Of a stretch of 64,000 bases of DNA, positions 52,059-62,044 are shown one piece after another. The stretch covers positions 5,769-69,768 of the forward strand of contig JBDTFR010000022.1 of NCBI GenBank assembly GCA_039937835.1, read 5' to 3'. The first letter of the stretch is position 1; the number at the start of each line of letters is the position of its first letter. The notes beneath the pieces were generated by a model, which saw only the letters and a program-made list of their open reading frames with translations, did not search any database and was not told the DNA's origin. Origin of the DNA: Bacteroidia bacterium. Lineage in GTDB: Bacteria > Bacteroidota > Bacteroidia > 2-12-FULL-35-15. Position numbers and translations under genes: made by a program.

Positions 52059-53612
52059 ATGAAAAATTTAGAAGCATTTAAACAACAGCTTACCGAAGGT
52101 TATACCTTTAAAGGAGATTATATAACTATTGGAGGCGCTATTTATAATAATGAACCGCAACAAAATTGCTTCATAAATATTCCGTTAAAAACACTTAATC
52201 GGCATGGCTTAATAGCGGGCGCAACTGGTACAGGAAAAACAGTAACATTACAAATAATTGCAGAGCAGTTATCGGCAAAAGGTATCCCTGTGCTAATGAT
52301 GGATTTAAAAGGCGATTTAAGTGGCATAGCTGCCGCAGGTACACTCAATCCTAAAATAGAAGAACGTCACAATGAAATTGGTTTACCTTATACTACCCAA
52401 GCTACGCCTATTGAGTTACTTACTTTAAGTAGTGAAAAAGGTGCTAAATTACGTGCAACGGTTTCTGAGTTTGGCCCTGTATTATTTTCTAAAATATTAG
52501 ATTTAAATGATACGCAAGGAGGTATTGTTGCTATTGTTTTTAAATACGCAGATGATCACCAAATGCCGCTTTTAGATTTAAAAGATTTTAAAAGCATACT
52601 TCAATTTTTTACGAATAAAGGGAAAACAGATGTACAAAAAGAGTATGGAAATATTTCACTCGCCTCTATTTCAACCATATTAAGAAAGGTAATAGAATTA
52701 GAATCGCAAGGTGCGGAAGCATTTTTTGGTGAGCGCTCATTTGAGGTAACCGACTTAGTTCGAAAAGAAGGCGAAAAGGGCATCGTATCCATTGTGAGCC
52801 TTACGGATATTCAAGACAAGCCAAAATTATTTTCCACTTTTATGCTTTGCTTGTTGGCAGAAATTTACCACTCTTTTCCAGAAGCAGGCGATTTAGATAA
52901 ACCAAAACTTTGTGTGTTTATTGACGAGGCTCATTTAATTTTTAATGAGGCTCCTGCACCATTACTTAATCAAATAGAATCCATCATTAAATTAATTCGA
53001 TCAAAAGGCATTGGCATATTTTTCTGTACTCAAAATCCGTATGATATACCGGATGTAGTACTTTCTCAATTAGGTTTAAAAGTGCAACACGCCTTGCGCG
53101 CATTTACAGAAAAAGATAGGAAAGCCATTAAAAAAACAGCTGAAAATTATCCCATCTCTGAATTTTATAAAACCGATGAATTGCTTACTTCATTAGGAAT
53201 AGGACAAGCCATTGTAAGTATTTTAAATGAAAAGGGTATACCTACTCCATTGGCAGCAGTTCATTTGAGAGCGCCGATGAGTCGTATGGGTATTTTAACG
53301 GAAGAAGAAATTAAACAAGTTGTTTCTAAATCCACCATTTTAAATAAATACAATGAAGAGATAGATAGAGAAAGCGCCTACGAAATTTTAACTAAAAAAA
53401 TAACGCAAGCCTCAGAAAAAGTAGAAACCTCCCCAGAAAAAAGTAATAGCAAACAACCAGCTACTACAAAAGAAGAACCGAACCTGATAGAACAGTTATC
53501 AAAAAATACCATGGTGCGCCAAGTGGGTAGAACCGTTTTTAAGGAAGTTACAAGAGGTTTATTAGGCGTATTGGGATTAAAAGATAATTCTAAAAAGAAA
53601 GGTTGGTTTTAA
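52059..53612 (+). CDS. DUF853 / HerA-like (YjgR-type) P-loop NTPase
   Basis: Walker A GATGTGKT and the Walker B-like VFIDEAH. 517 aa, with a K/E-rich C-terminal tail. Confidence 0.7.
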   Translation: MKNLEAFKQQLTEGYTFKGDYITIGGAIYNNEPQQNCFINIPLKTLNRHGLIAGATGTGKTVTLQIIAEQLSAKGIPVLMMDLKGDLSGIAAAGTLNPKIEERHNEIGLPYTTQATPIELLTLSSEKGAKLRATVSEFGPVLFSKILDLNDTQGGIVAIVFKYADDHQMPLLDLKDFKSILQFFTNKGKTDVQKEYGNISLASISTILRKVIELESQGAEAFFGERSFEVTDLVRKEGEKGIVSIVSLTDIQDKPKLFSTFMLCLLAEIYHSFPEAGDLDKPKLCVFIDEAHLIFNEAPAPLLNQIESIIKLIRSKGIGIFFCTQNPYDIPDVVLSQLGLKVQHALRAFTEKDRKAIKKTAENYPISEFYKTDELLTSLGIGQAIVSILNEKGIPTPLAAVHLRAPMSRMGILTEEEIKQVVSKSTILNKYNEEIDRESAYEILTKKITQASEKVETSPEKSNSKQPATTKEEPNLIEQLSKNTMVRQVGRTVFKEVTRGLLGVLGLKDNSKKKGWF

Positions 53613-53641
53613 AATTGTATAACCTTTAAAAACAAACTAAT

Positions 53642-54151
53642 TTGAAAACGATATACTTTATTCGACACGCAAAATCAGATTGGTCAAACACGGGTCTAAC
53701 TGATTTTGATCGCCCTCTTAATCTGAGAGGTTATACGGATGCTCATAAAATGAGTTTATCTATGAAAGAGCAAGCTATTTTTCCAGAGTTGATTATTACG
53801 AGCCCCGCAATAAGAGCTATTAGTACGGCCATGATATTTGCGGAAAATTTAGATTTTAATTTTTCAAAAATAACAATCAATAAAAAATTATATGCGTCTA
53901 CAGTAAACGAGTATGTTGATTGTGTTAAAAAAATTAACAATCAGATTAACACCGCTTTTCTTTTTGGCCATAATCCAAGTATTAGTGATTGTGTAAATAG
54001 TTTTACCACTGCTTTTACAGGAGAGTTATCTACTTGTGCCATGGTGGGTTTAGAATTTAAAGTAGAAGACTGGGAAAATATATCCTCTAAAAATGGCTCG
54101 TTTAGCTATTACAATTATCCTAAAAAATTAATTAAAAAAGAAAATAGTTAA
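53642..54151 (+). CDS. sixA: Histidine-phosphatase-superfamily protein, SixA-like phosphohistidine phosphatase (TTG start)
   Basis: IYFIRHAKSDW (RHG-type catalytic His) and FGHNP. There is no in-frame ATG, so the ORF opens with TTG at 53642. Confidence 0.65.
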   Translation: MKTIYFIRHAKSDWSNTGLTDFDRPLNLRGYTDAHKMSLSMKEQAIFPELIITSPAIRAISTAMIFAENLDFNFSKITINKKLYASTVNEYVDCVKKINNQINTAFLFGHNPSISDCVNSFTTAFTGELSTCAMVGLEFKVEDWENISSKNGSFSYYNYPKKLIKKENS

Positions 54152-54265
54152 TTTTAAATAAATGTTAATTAATTGTTACCATTTATTTCAGTAAGATAAC
54201 AGAACCTTTATTTTCCTCATATTTGCAATCAATTAAAATAATTAAATCTCACATAAAATATAAAA

Positions 54266-54559
54266 ATGAGTAAGAAAGACCTCCGTAAAAAGTTAGAAAT
54301 AGAATTAATGAAAATTATCGAAAACTATTTAAACAAAAGTAATGAAGAAGTAGCAGGAAAAATTCGTAAAACCACCTATGAAGCTTCTAAAACAATTGCA
54401 AAAAAGTTTTATAAAACAATAAAGTCTGAGAAAGAAAAACAAACCACTGCCATTGTTTTAAAAAAGATAATTCCAGCTACATTAAAGAAAGTAACAAGAA
54501 AGGTGCCTGAGAAAATAACTAAAAAGCCAGTTGTAAAAGCAGCTATTAAGAAGAAATAA
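54266..54559 (+). CDS. Small lysine-rich basic protein (97 aa), possibly histone-H1-like nucleic-acid binder
   Basis: Extreme K/E/T composition with KK-rich repeats at the C-terminus. Lies between sixA and ppk. Confidence 0.45.
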   Translation: MSKKDLRKKLEIELMKIIENYLNKSNEEVAGKIRKTTYEASKTIAKKFYKTIKSEKEKQTTAIVLKKIIPATLKKVTRKVPEKITKKPVVKAAIKKK

Positions 54560-54584
54560 GAGTGTTGTTGTTAATTGCTGAAGT

Positions 54585-56633
54585 ATGATAAAAAAGAGAA
54601 TAGTTTTAATTAATCGTGAATTAAGTTGGTTGTCTTTTAATGAACGGGTATTACAAGAAGCGCAAGATGCAACAGTACCTTTAATTGAAAGAATAAAATT
54701 TTTAGCAATTTATTCAAATAATTTAGATGAGTTTTTTCGCGTTCGTGTAGCTACTCTTAAACGAGTAATAAAACTTCAAAAAAAAACGAAAAAGTTCCTC
54801 ACCGAAAACCCTCAACAATTACTTTATAAAATTCAGCGAGTAGTTATTGAGCAACAACAAAAGTTTGAAGATACCTATCAAAAACTTTTAAAAGAACTTG
54901 AAAAATTTTCTATTTCTATTATAAATGAAAAACAATTAAGTTCGGAGCAAGGTACATTCGTTACTCAATATTTCCGCGAACAAGTAATGCAGTTCTTGTT
55001 TCCAATAATGATGGAGAAAGAGACTCCTTCTCCTTATTTAAAAGATCATTCTGTTTATTTAGTAATTAAACTGGAATGTAATCGCAAGAAGAAAAAAACG
55101 AAATACGCATTGTTAGAAATATCCGTAGATCCGCTTTCTCGGTTTTTTGTTTTACCCAATAAAAATAAGCAAAGCTATATTATTTTGCTTGATGATGTTA
55201 TTCGGCATAACTTAAATCATGTATTTAGCAATTTTGACTATGATAATATTGAGGCCTATACCATTAAGTTAACTAGAGATGCTGAATTAGATATTGACAA
55301 CGACATCTCGAAAAGCTTTGTAGAAAAAATTTCTAAAGGACTTAAACAACGTAAAAAAGGTTCGGCCGTTAGGTTGGTATATGATCATGAAATACCATCT
55401 GAGATGTTAAGTTTTATTATGAAAAAACTTAATTTAGGCAAAGAAGATACTCCTATTCCCGGTGGACGATACCATAATTTTAAAGATTTTATTTCTTTCC
55501 CCAATATTGGTACACCAGCGTTAAGCTATCAAAAAACAATTCCGCTAAAACACCCTGATTTAAAAGATCAATCTACTTTATTTAAAGTCATCAAACAAAA
55601 AGATGTGTTGATTACTTACCCGTACCAAACGTTTGATCACGTGATCGATTTGTTGCGGGAGGCCTCCATTGATCCTAAAGTAAAAAGCATAAAAATTACC
55701 TTGTATCGCGTTGCTAGAAACTCAAGCATTGTAAAAGCATTAATTAATGCGATAAAAAATGGTAAACAAGTTACAGCAGTGGTAGAGTTACAAGCCCGTT
55801 TTGATGAAGAAGCAAATATGTATTGGGCAGGCAAACTGAAAGAGGAAGGAGCAACCGTTATTTATGGGGTACGAGGATTAAAGGTGCATTCTAAAATGTT
55901 CATCATTTCTCGTCAAGAAGGAAAAGAGCGAATCAATTACGTGCATGTAGGCACAGGCAATTTTAACGGAAAAACAGCACTTATCTATACCGATCATAGT
56001 CTACTCACTTGTGATAAACGGATTACCGGAGAAGTAGAGCGTGTATTTTCTTTTTATACCAATAATTTAAAAAAGGGAACCTATAAACATTTATTGGTTT
56101 CTCCTTTTTTTATGCGGAAAGAATTATTGAAACTTGTTAATAAAGAAATTGCCATAGCGAAAACGGGAAAGCCAGCTTCTATTATTTTAAAAATAAATAA
56201 TTTGGTAGATGAAGAAATGATAAAAAAATTATACGAAGCAAGTACAGCCGGTGTAAAAATAAAATTAATTATAAGAGGCATTTGTTCACTAGTGGCAGGT
56301 GTTAAGGGTTTAAGTGAAAACATTGAAGCCATAAGCATTGTAGATAAATTTTTAGAGCACAGTCGTTTTTTTATATTTCATAACGATGGAAAGGAAAAAT
56401 ATTTTTTATCTTCGGCAGATTGGATGGTACGTAGTTTAGACCATCGCTCTGAAGTGGCGGTTGCCATTTATGATAAAGGTATTCAACAACAACTGCGAAC
56501 TATTTTTGATGCGATGTGGGCAGATAATACAAAGGCAAGAATATTAGGGAGCGAACAAAAAAATGAATACCGAAAAACAAACACGAAAACAAAAATACGC
56601 GCACAAGAAGTTATTTATAATTTATTTCATTAA
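54585..56633 (+). CDS. ppk: Polyphosphate kinase 1
   Basis: 682 aa. N-terminal LINRELSWLSFNERVL, the autophosphorylated His region (KVHSKM), and two PLD-like C-terminal domains. Confidence 0.95.
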   Translation: MIKKRIVLINRELSWLSFNERVLQEAQDATVPLIERIKFLAIYSNNLDEFFRVRVATLKRVIKLQKKTKKFLTENPQQLLYKIQRVVIEQQQKFEDTYQKLLKELEKFSISIINEKQLSSEQGTFVTQYFREQVMQFLFPIMMEKETPSPYLKDHSVYLVIKLECNRKKKKTKYALLEISVDPLSRFFVLPNKNKQSYIILLDDVIRHNLNHVFSNFDYDNIEAYTIKLTRDAELDIDNDISKSFVEKISKGLKQRKKGSAVRLVYDHEIPSEMLSFIMKKLNLGKEDTPIPGGRYHNFKDFISFPNIGTPALSYQKTIPLKHPDLKDQSTLFKVIKQKDVLITYPYQTFDHVIDLLREASIDPKVKSIKITLYRVARNSSIVKALINAIKNGKQVTAVVELQARFDEEANMYWAGKLKEEGATVIYGVRGLKVHSKMFIISRQEGKERINYVHVGTGNFNGKTALIYTDHSLLTCDKRITGEVERVFSFYTNNLKKGTYKHLLVSPFFMRKELLKLVNKEIAIAKTGKPASIILKINNLVDEEMIKKLYEASTAGVKIKLIIRGICSLVAGVKGLSENIEAISIVDKFLEHSRFFIFHNDGKEKYFLSSADWMVRSLDHRSEVAVAIYDKGIQQQLRTIFDAMWADNTKARILGSEQKNEYRKTNTKTKIRAQEVIYNLFH

Positions 56634-56645
56634 ACATACTTACTA

Positions 56646-57548
56646 TTGAAATTTGCAGCAATTGACATTGGTTCTAATGCATTACGATTATTGTTTTGCA
56701 ATGTATATGAAGAGGGGAATGGTAGTGTTTCTTTTAAAAAAGCAGAACTTATTCGAATTCCTTTACGATTGGGAGAAGACTCATTTCTGTTCGGTAAAAT
56801 TTCAGAAGAAAAAACAGAGAAACTCATCGCTTCCATACAAGCATTTAAACAATTAATTAAAATTAATGAGCCGCACAGTTATAGAGCATGCGCTACTTCT
56901 GCCATGCGCGATGCGTCCAATGGATCTGATATTATAAAACGTATTTATGCAGAAACAGGAGTAACCATTGAATTGATAGATGGTAAAACAGAAGCGAGCA
57001 CCATTTATGCAAATCACATTGAAAAGGACTTAAATAGTAAAACAGCTTATTTGTATATTGATATCGGTGGAGGTAGCACGGAGCTTACTTTATTTCATAA
57101 AAAAGAAATAATAGTCTCTCAATCGTTTAATATTGGTACCATACGTATGTTGCACAATCAAATTGATAAAGAGCAATGGAGCGCTTTTAAAAACTGGGTT
57201 GAAAAGAATACAAAAGAGCATAAGCCTATTATAGCAGTGGGCTCAGGTGGCAATATTAATAAGCTTTTTAAAATGTCGGGTAAAAAGCCCAATAAAGCCA
57301 TTACCACCGTAAAGCTAAAAAGTTTGTATGAGCTATTGGCTTCCTACACGTATGAAGAACGCATTAAAATTTTAGCACTCAATCCCGATAGAGCAGATGT
57401 AATTATACCCGCCTCTAAAATTTTACTTACCATTTTAAAAAAAGCAAACATAGAAAAAACCATTGTGCCTCAAATTGGTTTGGCAGATGGAATTGTACAC
57501 CAACTTTATGAATCGTATTTGAAAGAAAAAGAATTGAAAGTGGTTTAA
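56646..57548 (+). CDS. ppx: Exopolyphosphatase / Ppx-GppA family phosphatase (TTG start)
   Basis: AAIDIGSNALRLL actin-like ATPase-fold N-terminus. 13 bp after the ppk stop. The ORF opens with TTG. Confidence 0.85.
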   Translation: MKFAAIDIGSNALRLLFCNVYEEGNGSVSFKKAELIRIPLRLGEDSFLFGKISEEKTEKLIASIQAFKQLIKINEPHSYRACATSAMRDASNGSDIIKRIYAETGVTIELIDGKTEASTIYANHIEKDLNSKTAYLYIDIGGGSTELTLFHKKEIIVSQSFNIGTIRMLHNQIDKEQWSAFKNWVEKNTKEHKPIIAVGSGGNINKLFKMSGKKPNKAITTVKLKSLYELLASYTYEERIKILALNPDRADVIIPASKILLTILKKANIEKTIVPQIGLADGIVHQLYESYLKEKELKVV

Positions 57549-57765
57549 ACTTTCTTTTGTTAGGGCTCAGTTATAAAAATATTAAAGCAATTAAATTAAG
57601 ATTGATTTACTAAATTTGAGGTAGAGATATAATGCGGGTATGTGTAATACATTTATTCGCATGTTATCGGCAACCCTATGACGTTTGAACAGACCAAACA
57701 AGTAAAGAAAAGAAAACACTTAACAACAGACAAAAAATATAACTTTAGCAAATAATTATACGACA

Positions 57766-59154
57766 ATGAAAATAAATTCATTTACAGCAGAAGGGGTTCA
57801 CGACTACTTAAAATTTGACATAAAGTTTTTTCCAGACTTGACTTTTCTTATAGGAATAAATGGTTCAGGTAAAACAAGTGCCCTCAAACTAATTTTGGGA
57901 TTAACATCACCTTCTTACCAATATTTAAATCAATTGAATTATCAGTTTTGCGAAGTTATTTGCAGTAGCAAAAAAGACGAAAAAGATATTGTTCTAAGAG
58001 CAGAACAAAATAAGGCAGACAACACATTTACATTCAGCATAACTCGGAATGGCATTAAGGTTAGTTCCGAACCAATAAAGAGGTTTTCTCGTGGTGAAAA
58101 TATTCAATATGACTTTGAGGAGTTATCGCAAATCGAACAAAGACACAAAGAATCATTTGATGAATTAGAGGTAACACGAAAAATAAGAGAATTAGCTACA
58201 CCTAAATTTTTGGGGTTAGACAGAAGAATCTATGAAGGAGTAAATGCTGACTTTAGATTTAGAAACAGGAGACATCAACAATTTATAAATCCTAAATACC
58301 GTAATAGGAGATATGACGGCTTTCCAGAGCCACAAGCAATTGATTTAAGTCTTGAAGAAGTTCAAATGTTTGTTTTTGATTTTATAAGACAAATTCCTCA
58401 ACAACAATTTCAAATAAGCGATGAATTCAAGGAAAAATTATTTAAGGAATCCTTTAAATTCTACGAAGACTCTACAGTTGGAAAAATCCCCCCCACATCA
58501 GAAATTATCGAAAGAAAAGAAAAGGTTCTAAAAGCAATAGAAGATTTAGGTATTAAATATATCAATTACTCAATTAACGATTTCTTTAGCAAGATTGAAA
58601 AGATTGCCAAGGAATTCGAAAAGATTGACAAAAAAGAAAAGGAAAATATGCTTTCTCCACAGTATCGTGAAATAATTAGTCAATGGTATCTAAATGGAAA
58701 CCAACTTAAACGAATTGATGATATTATTACTTATAGCCAAGAGTATCAAAAGAAAATTATAGAATTAAAGGCACCACTTAAGAAATTGGAAGAACTTACC
58801 TCAAACTTTTTAGGAGAAGGAAAAAAAGTTCTACGAACTGAAACCGATGGTGAATTAAAAATAAAGTTGAAGAATGGACATTCAGCAAATATTTATGAAT
58901 TGTCTTCAGGTGAAAAGCAAATTATTATAATGATTGCTCATTTAATTTTCGAAGAAGCACAGAAGACTTCGGGCATATTTATTATTGATGAGCCTGAACT
59001 TTCTTTACATATTGCTTGGCAAGAGATATTTGTTCAGTCAATAATGCAAGCAAGCCCTAACACACAATTTATTCTGGCGACACATTCTCCTTCAATTATT
59101 GCTAAAGTTGACAAGGAAAAACATTGCCAAGATTTAAACAAATTTAATTTCTAA
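57766..59154 (+). CDS. AAA15/AAA21-type ABC ATPase (SMC/RecF-like) of a two-gene defence module; AriA/OLD-ATPase-like
   Basis: Walker A GINGSGKTSALK at residue ~30. About 330 aa of helical/coiled-coil insertion, then the ABC signature LSSGEKQ, Walker B IFIIDEPELSLH, the D-loop and H-loop ATHSP. 462 aa. Confidence 0.8.
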   Translation: MKINSFTAEGVHDYLKFDIKFFPDLTFLIGINGSGKTSALKLILGLTSPSYQYLNQLNYQFCEVICSSKKDEKDIVLRAEQNKADNTFTFSITRNGIKVSSEPIKRFSRGENIQYDFEELSQIEQRHKESFDELEVTRKIRELATPKFLGLDRRIYEGVNADFRFRNRRHQQFINPKYRNRRYDGFPEPQAIDLSLEEVQMFVFDFIRQIPQQQFQISDEFKEKLFKESFKFYEDSTVGKIPPTSEIIERKEKVLKAIEDLGIKYINYSINDFFSKIEKIAKEFEKIDKKEKENMLSPQYREIISQWYLNGNQLKRIDDIITYSQEYQKKIIELKAPLKKLEELTSNFLGEGKKVLRTETDGELKIKLKNGHSANIYELSSGEKQIIIMIAHLIFEEAQKTSGIFIIDEPELSLHIAWQEIFVQSIMQASPNTQFILATHSPSIIAKVDKEKHCQDLNKFNF

Positions 59155-59157
59155 ATT

Positions 59158-59997
59158 ATGCTTGAATTAAGTGACGAGCCAAAAAGATTGGTATCAACAT
59201 TTTTGACTTACCGCAACGAAATTGATATTTATACCGAAGATGAATTGAAGGACAAAGAATTTTATAAAGTTCTTTTTAGCAGACTTCTTGAAAATAAAAT
59301 AAATATAAATGACATAACTCCTTTGGGAGCGAGAAAAAACGTAATAAAAAGATGTGAAACGGAACCGGATAATGGTAGGAAAAAGATATTTATTATTGAC
59401 GGTGATGTAACTATAATACACGGCAAAAACATTCCAGCTCTTAAAAATCTTTTCGTTTTAGACGCATATTGTATTGAGAATTTTGTTATTGACGAACAAA
59501 GCGTTCTTAATTTTATTTACTTGAATTGTGCCTCTAAACCAAAGGAAGAAATTGCGAACGAATTAAAATTTGAAAATTGGTTAAATGGCTATTCCAATAA
59601 TCTTGTTGACCTTTTTATTCATTTTGGTATAACTGATTTCTTTGGTGGGAAGTTCAAACTATTCAACGCACATAAATTTCACCCGAAGGAAAACTATTCC
59701 GAAGAAATAGTAGAACAAGACATTGTAAAATTGAAGGCTGAAATCTTACTTCTTACTACTCAAGAAAACTATGAACTCAAATATGAGGAGCTAAAAAATC
59801 AATGGACAAATTGTGTTTCAAGTTTAATGACAATTGTATCAGGTAAGGACTACTTAATTCCTATTTTATTATTTAAAACACAATGCTACAAAAAATCAAA
59901 AGCAATGCCGACAGTTGAAGAAGCTAAATTTATGCTCGCTCAAAATTGTAATCTTGACCGACTCTCAAAACTGAAAGAGGCAATTGAAGCACTTTGA
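59158..59997 (+). CDS. DUF4435/TOPRIM-like (OLD-family nuclease-like) partner of the ATPase; AriB-like effector candidate
   Basis: Starts 4 bp after the ATPase stop. Conserved acidic residues in the spacing expected for a TOPRIM fold: Glu in IDIYTEDE (about aa 25-28) and DxD in KIFIIDGD (about aa 78-82). 279 aa. The domain call was made by eye and was not confirmed with an HMM search. Confidence 0.55.
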   Translation: MLELSDEPKRLVSTFLTYRNEIDIYTEDELKDKEFYKVLFSRLLENKININDITPLGARKNVIKRCETEPDNGRKKIFIIDGDVTIIHGKNIPALKNLFVLDAYCIENFVIDEQSVLNFIYLNCASKPKEEIANELKFENWLNGYSNNLVDLFIHFGITDFFGGKFKLFNAHKFHPKENYSEEIVEQDIVKLKAEILLLTTQENYELKYEELKNQWTNCVSSLMTIVSGKDYLIPILLFKTQCYKKSKAMPTVEEAKFMLAQNCNLDRLSKLKEAIEAL

Positions 59998-60756
59998 ACG
60001 TAATAAACCAAATTAGGACTGATAGAAGGGCAGCCGATAACAGCACCTATAAAAAATTGGCGGTTCAGTGGTTAAATGAAGTTTTGTTCTTCGTATCAAG
60101 TTTAGTGGTGGCAGACAGTTTATTGCTTCGAAATCGCCAACTTCTTATAGCTGCCAAAACGTGTGTGTCTTGAATCAGCAACGCATCTGAGTTGTTGAAT
60201 GCTATTTAAAAGATGGAAGACAAAAATGTGAAGGATAAATAATGTAGTGGAGCTCAAGCGAAATGAGTGGCCGTGCAACCAAACAAATTTGAGTGGCCTT
60301 CCAAAGACGGCTGTCAAGAGCAGTCTTTAAACCACCTGATGCTGCATTAAGAGGAAACTATTTTTGTGGTGAACGATTAGGAAAAACAGGAACACGTATT
60401 CCTGTAGGTGCATATATAGGAGCTGAATAAAATGAACTACCTATTAAGCCTCGTAAGCGCAATAGACAGAGCCGAAAACAGATAGCTACGTTTGTATTTG
60501 TGATAAGGGTGTAATGGACGACTTGATTGCTGATTACATGGCTCTCGGGGTAAAGGTAGCAGGAACTATATACAGGCTTTTAAATGGAACAAGAGAAATC
60601 GATACTGCGCTATTAAATTGTAAAAAGGAGCTAGCCATACAATGGATGTATGAAGTATCGGTGGCAGACCAGCTTGTAGTAGTGATAAAGTTACTGAAAG
60701 GTAATGGAGCGAAGAGGCTGGCTAGTTTAACTTTATAAAATGCACAACCGAAAGGG

Positions 60757-61980
60757 ATGATTGATTATTATGAAGTAAAATCACAGCCAATCACCAGGCT
60801 AATGGTTTGGCAGGCATACAGGAAAGTTAGAGCCAACAAAGGAAGTGCTGGCATAGATAATATGAGTTGGGAGTATTTAGACAACAATCTAAACACTGAA
60901 TTATACAAACTATGGAACAGAATGACCTCAGGCAGCTACTTTCCTCAAGCCGTTAAAGAAGTTAGCATTAAGAAAACAGACGGAGGGGAAAGAAAACTAG
61001 GAATTCCTACCTTGCTGGACCGTATAGCACAAGAAGTGGTAAAATCATATTTAGAGCCATTAGTAGAACCAATATTTCATCACAGTAGCTTTGGTTATCG
61101 ACCTAAAAGAAGCAGTCATGATGCAATTGCTCAATCGTGCAAGAATTGTTTCGGACATGATTTTGTGATAGATCTAGACATCAAAAGTTTCTTCGACATG
61201 ATGGATCATGAATTGATGATAAAATCAGTTGCTAACTATTGCAAAGAAAAATGGGTAATACTATACATCACTAGATGGTTAAAAGCAGGTATAGTGCAAA
61301 AAGAGGTTGGCTACGTAGATAGGTTAACAGGTACTCCGCAAGGCGGCGTAATAAGCCCTTTAATAGCCAATTTGTTTATGCATATTAGTTTTGATAAATG
61401 GATGGATAAATATCATTCAGAAAAGCCATTCGAACGTTATGCAGATGATATAGTGGTGCATTGCAAAACAGAGAAACAAGCGCTATTTATGTTAAGACAA
61501 ATAGAGCAACGCTTGACAAAACGCAAACTAGAGTTGCATCCCATTAAAACAAAAATTGTTAACTTACGAGGATCTGCAGTTGCAAACTATAGTAAGTCTT
61601 ACGACTTTCTTGGGTTTACAATACAACCTCACTGGTGCAAGATTAAGGGCAAAGGGATGCTACTTCCAAGTATTTTTATAAGCAAGAAATCTGAAAAGCG
61701 AATATTGTACAAATTTAAATCTATGCAAATACACAAACGGCGCAAACCAATAGAATTGCTAGCAAAAGAATTACGGCCAATTGTTCAAGGCATCATCAAC
61801 TATTATGGTAAATTTTCGACAGGACATCTAAGATTTTTGTGCCATCAAATAAATGTGCGCTTACTTAAATGGGTGAAATGGGAAAAGGGACTATACAAGA
61901 TGAAAGCTTTACAATGGCTAAGAGGAAAATTTCAATCCAACCGAAAACTTTTCCCACACTGGTTATTGGTAAATCCATAA
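60757..61980 (+). CDS. ltrA: Group II intron reverse transcriptase/maturase (RT domains 0-7 + X/thumb, no En domain)
   Basis: 407 aa. RT motifs: QAYRKVRANKGSAGIDNMSWEY (RT0/1), FGYRPKRSSHDA (RT2), GTPQGGVISPLIANLFM (RT4), RYADDIVVH (the YADD catalytic box). The maturase X region ends the protein, with no HNH or Zn domain. Confidence 0.9.
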   Translation: MIDYYEVKSQPITRLMVWQAYRKVRANKGSAGIDNMSWEYLDNNLNTELYKLWNRMTSGSYFPQAVKEVSIKKTDGGERKLGIPTLLDRIAQEVVKSYLEPLVEPIFHHSSFGYRPKRSSHDAIAQSCKNCFGHDFVIDLDIKSFFDMMDHELMIKSVANYCKEKWVILYITRWLKAGIVQKEVGYVDRLTGTPQGGVISPLIANLFMHISFDKWMDKYHSEKPFERYADDIVVHCKTEKQALFMLRQIEQRLTKRKLELHPIKTKIVNLRGSAVANYSKSYDFLGFTIQPHWCKIKGKGMLLPSIFISKKSEKRILYKFKSMQIHKRRKPIELLAKELRPIVQGIINYYGKFSTGHLRFLCHQINVRLLKWVKWEKGLYKMKALQWLRGKFQSNRKLFPHWLLVNP

Positions 61981-62010
61981 CTAATAAATACATTCGTGAT
62001 TGAACTAGAA

Positions 62011-62044
62011 GAGCCGTGTGAAGGGAGACTTTCAAGCACGGTTC
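62011..62044 (+). ncRNA. Group II intron catalytic domain V
   Basis: 34-nt hairpin matching the DV consensus GAGCCGUAUGCGAUGAAAGUCGCACGUACGGUUC, including the AGC triad and the G-U pair. Confidence 0.85.

Noticed and set aside
57766-59997. Gabija (GajA/GajB) or class-2 OLD assignment for the ATPase/TOPRIM pair
   Set aside because: In GajA the ATPase and TOPRIM are fused in one protein and partnered with a UvrD-like helicase. Here the two parts are separate genes and no helicase is adjacent. The split ATPase+DUF4435 arrangement fits PARIS-type systems better, pending HMM confirmation.
60514-60738. 74-aa ORF upstream of the intron RT
   Set aside because: It lies inside the GC-rich domain I-III ribozyme portion of the group II intron. 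It has no family resemblance and is almost certainly structural RNA.
60757-61980. Retron or diversity-generating retroelement RT
   Set aside because: The RT is followed by a canonical group II domain V and carries the maturase X domain and a YADD box. No msr/msd-like inverted repeats or template/variable repeats were seen.
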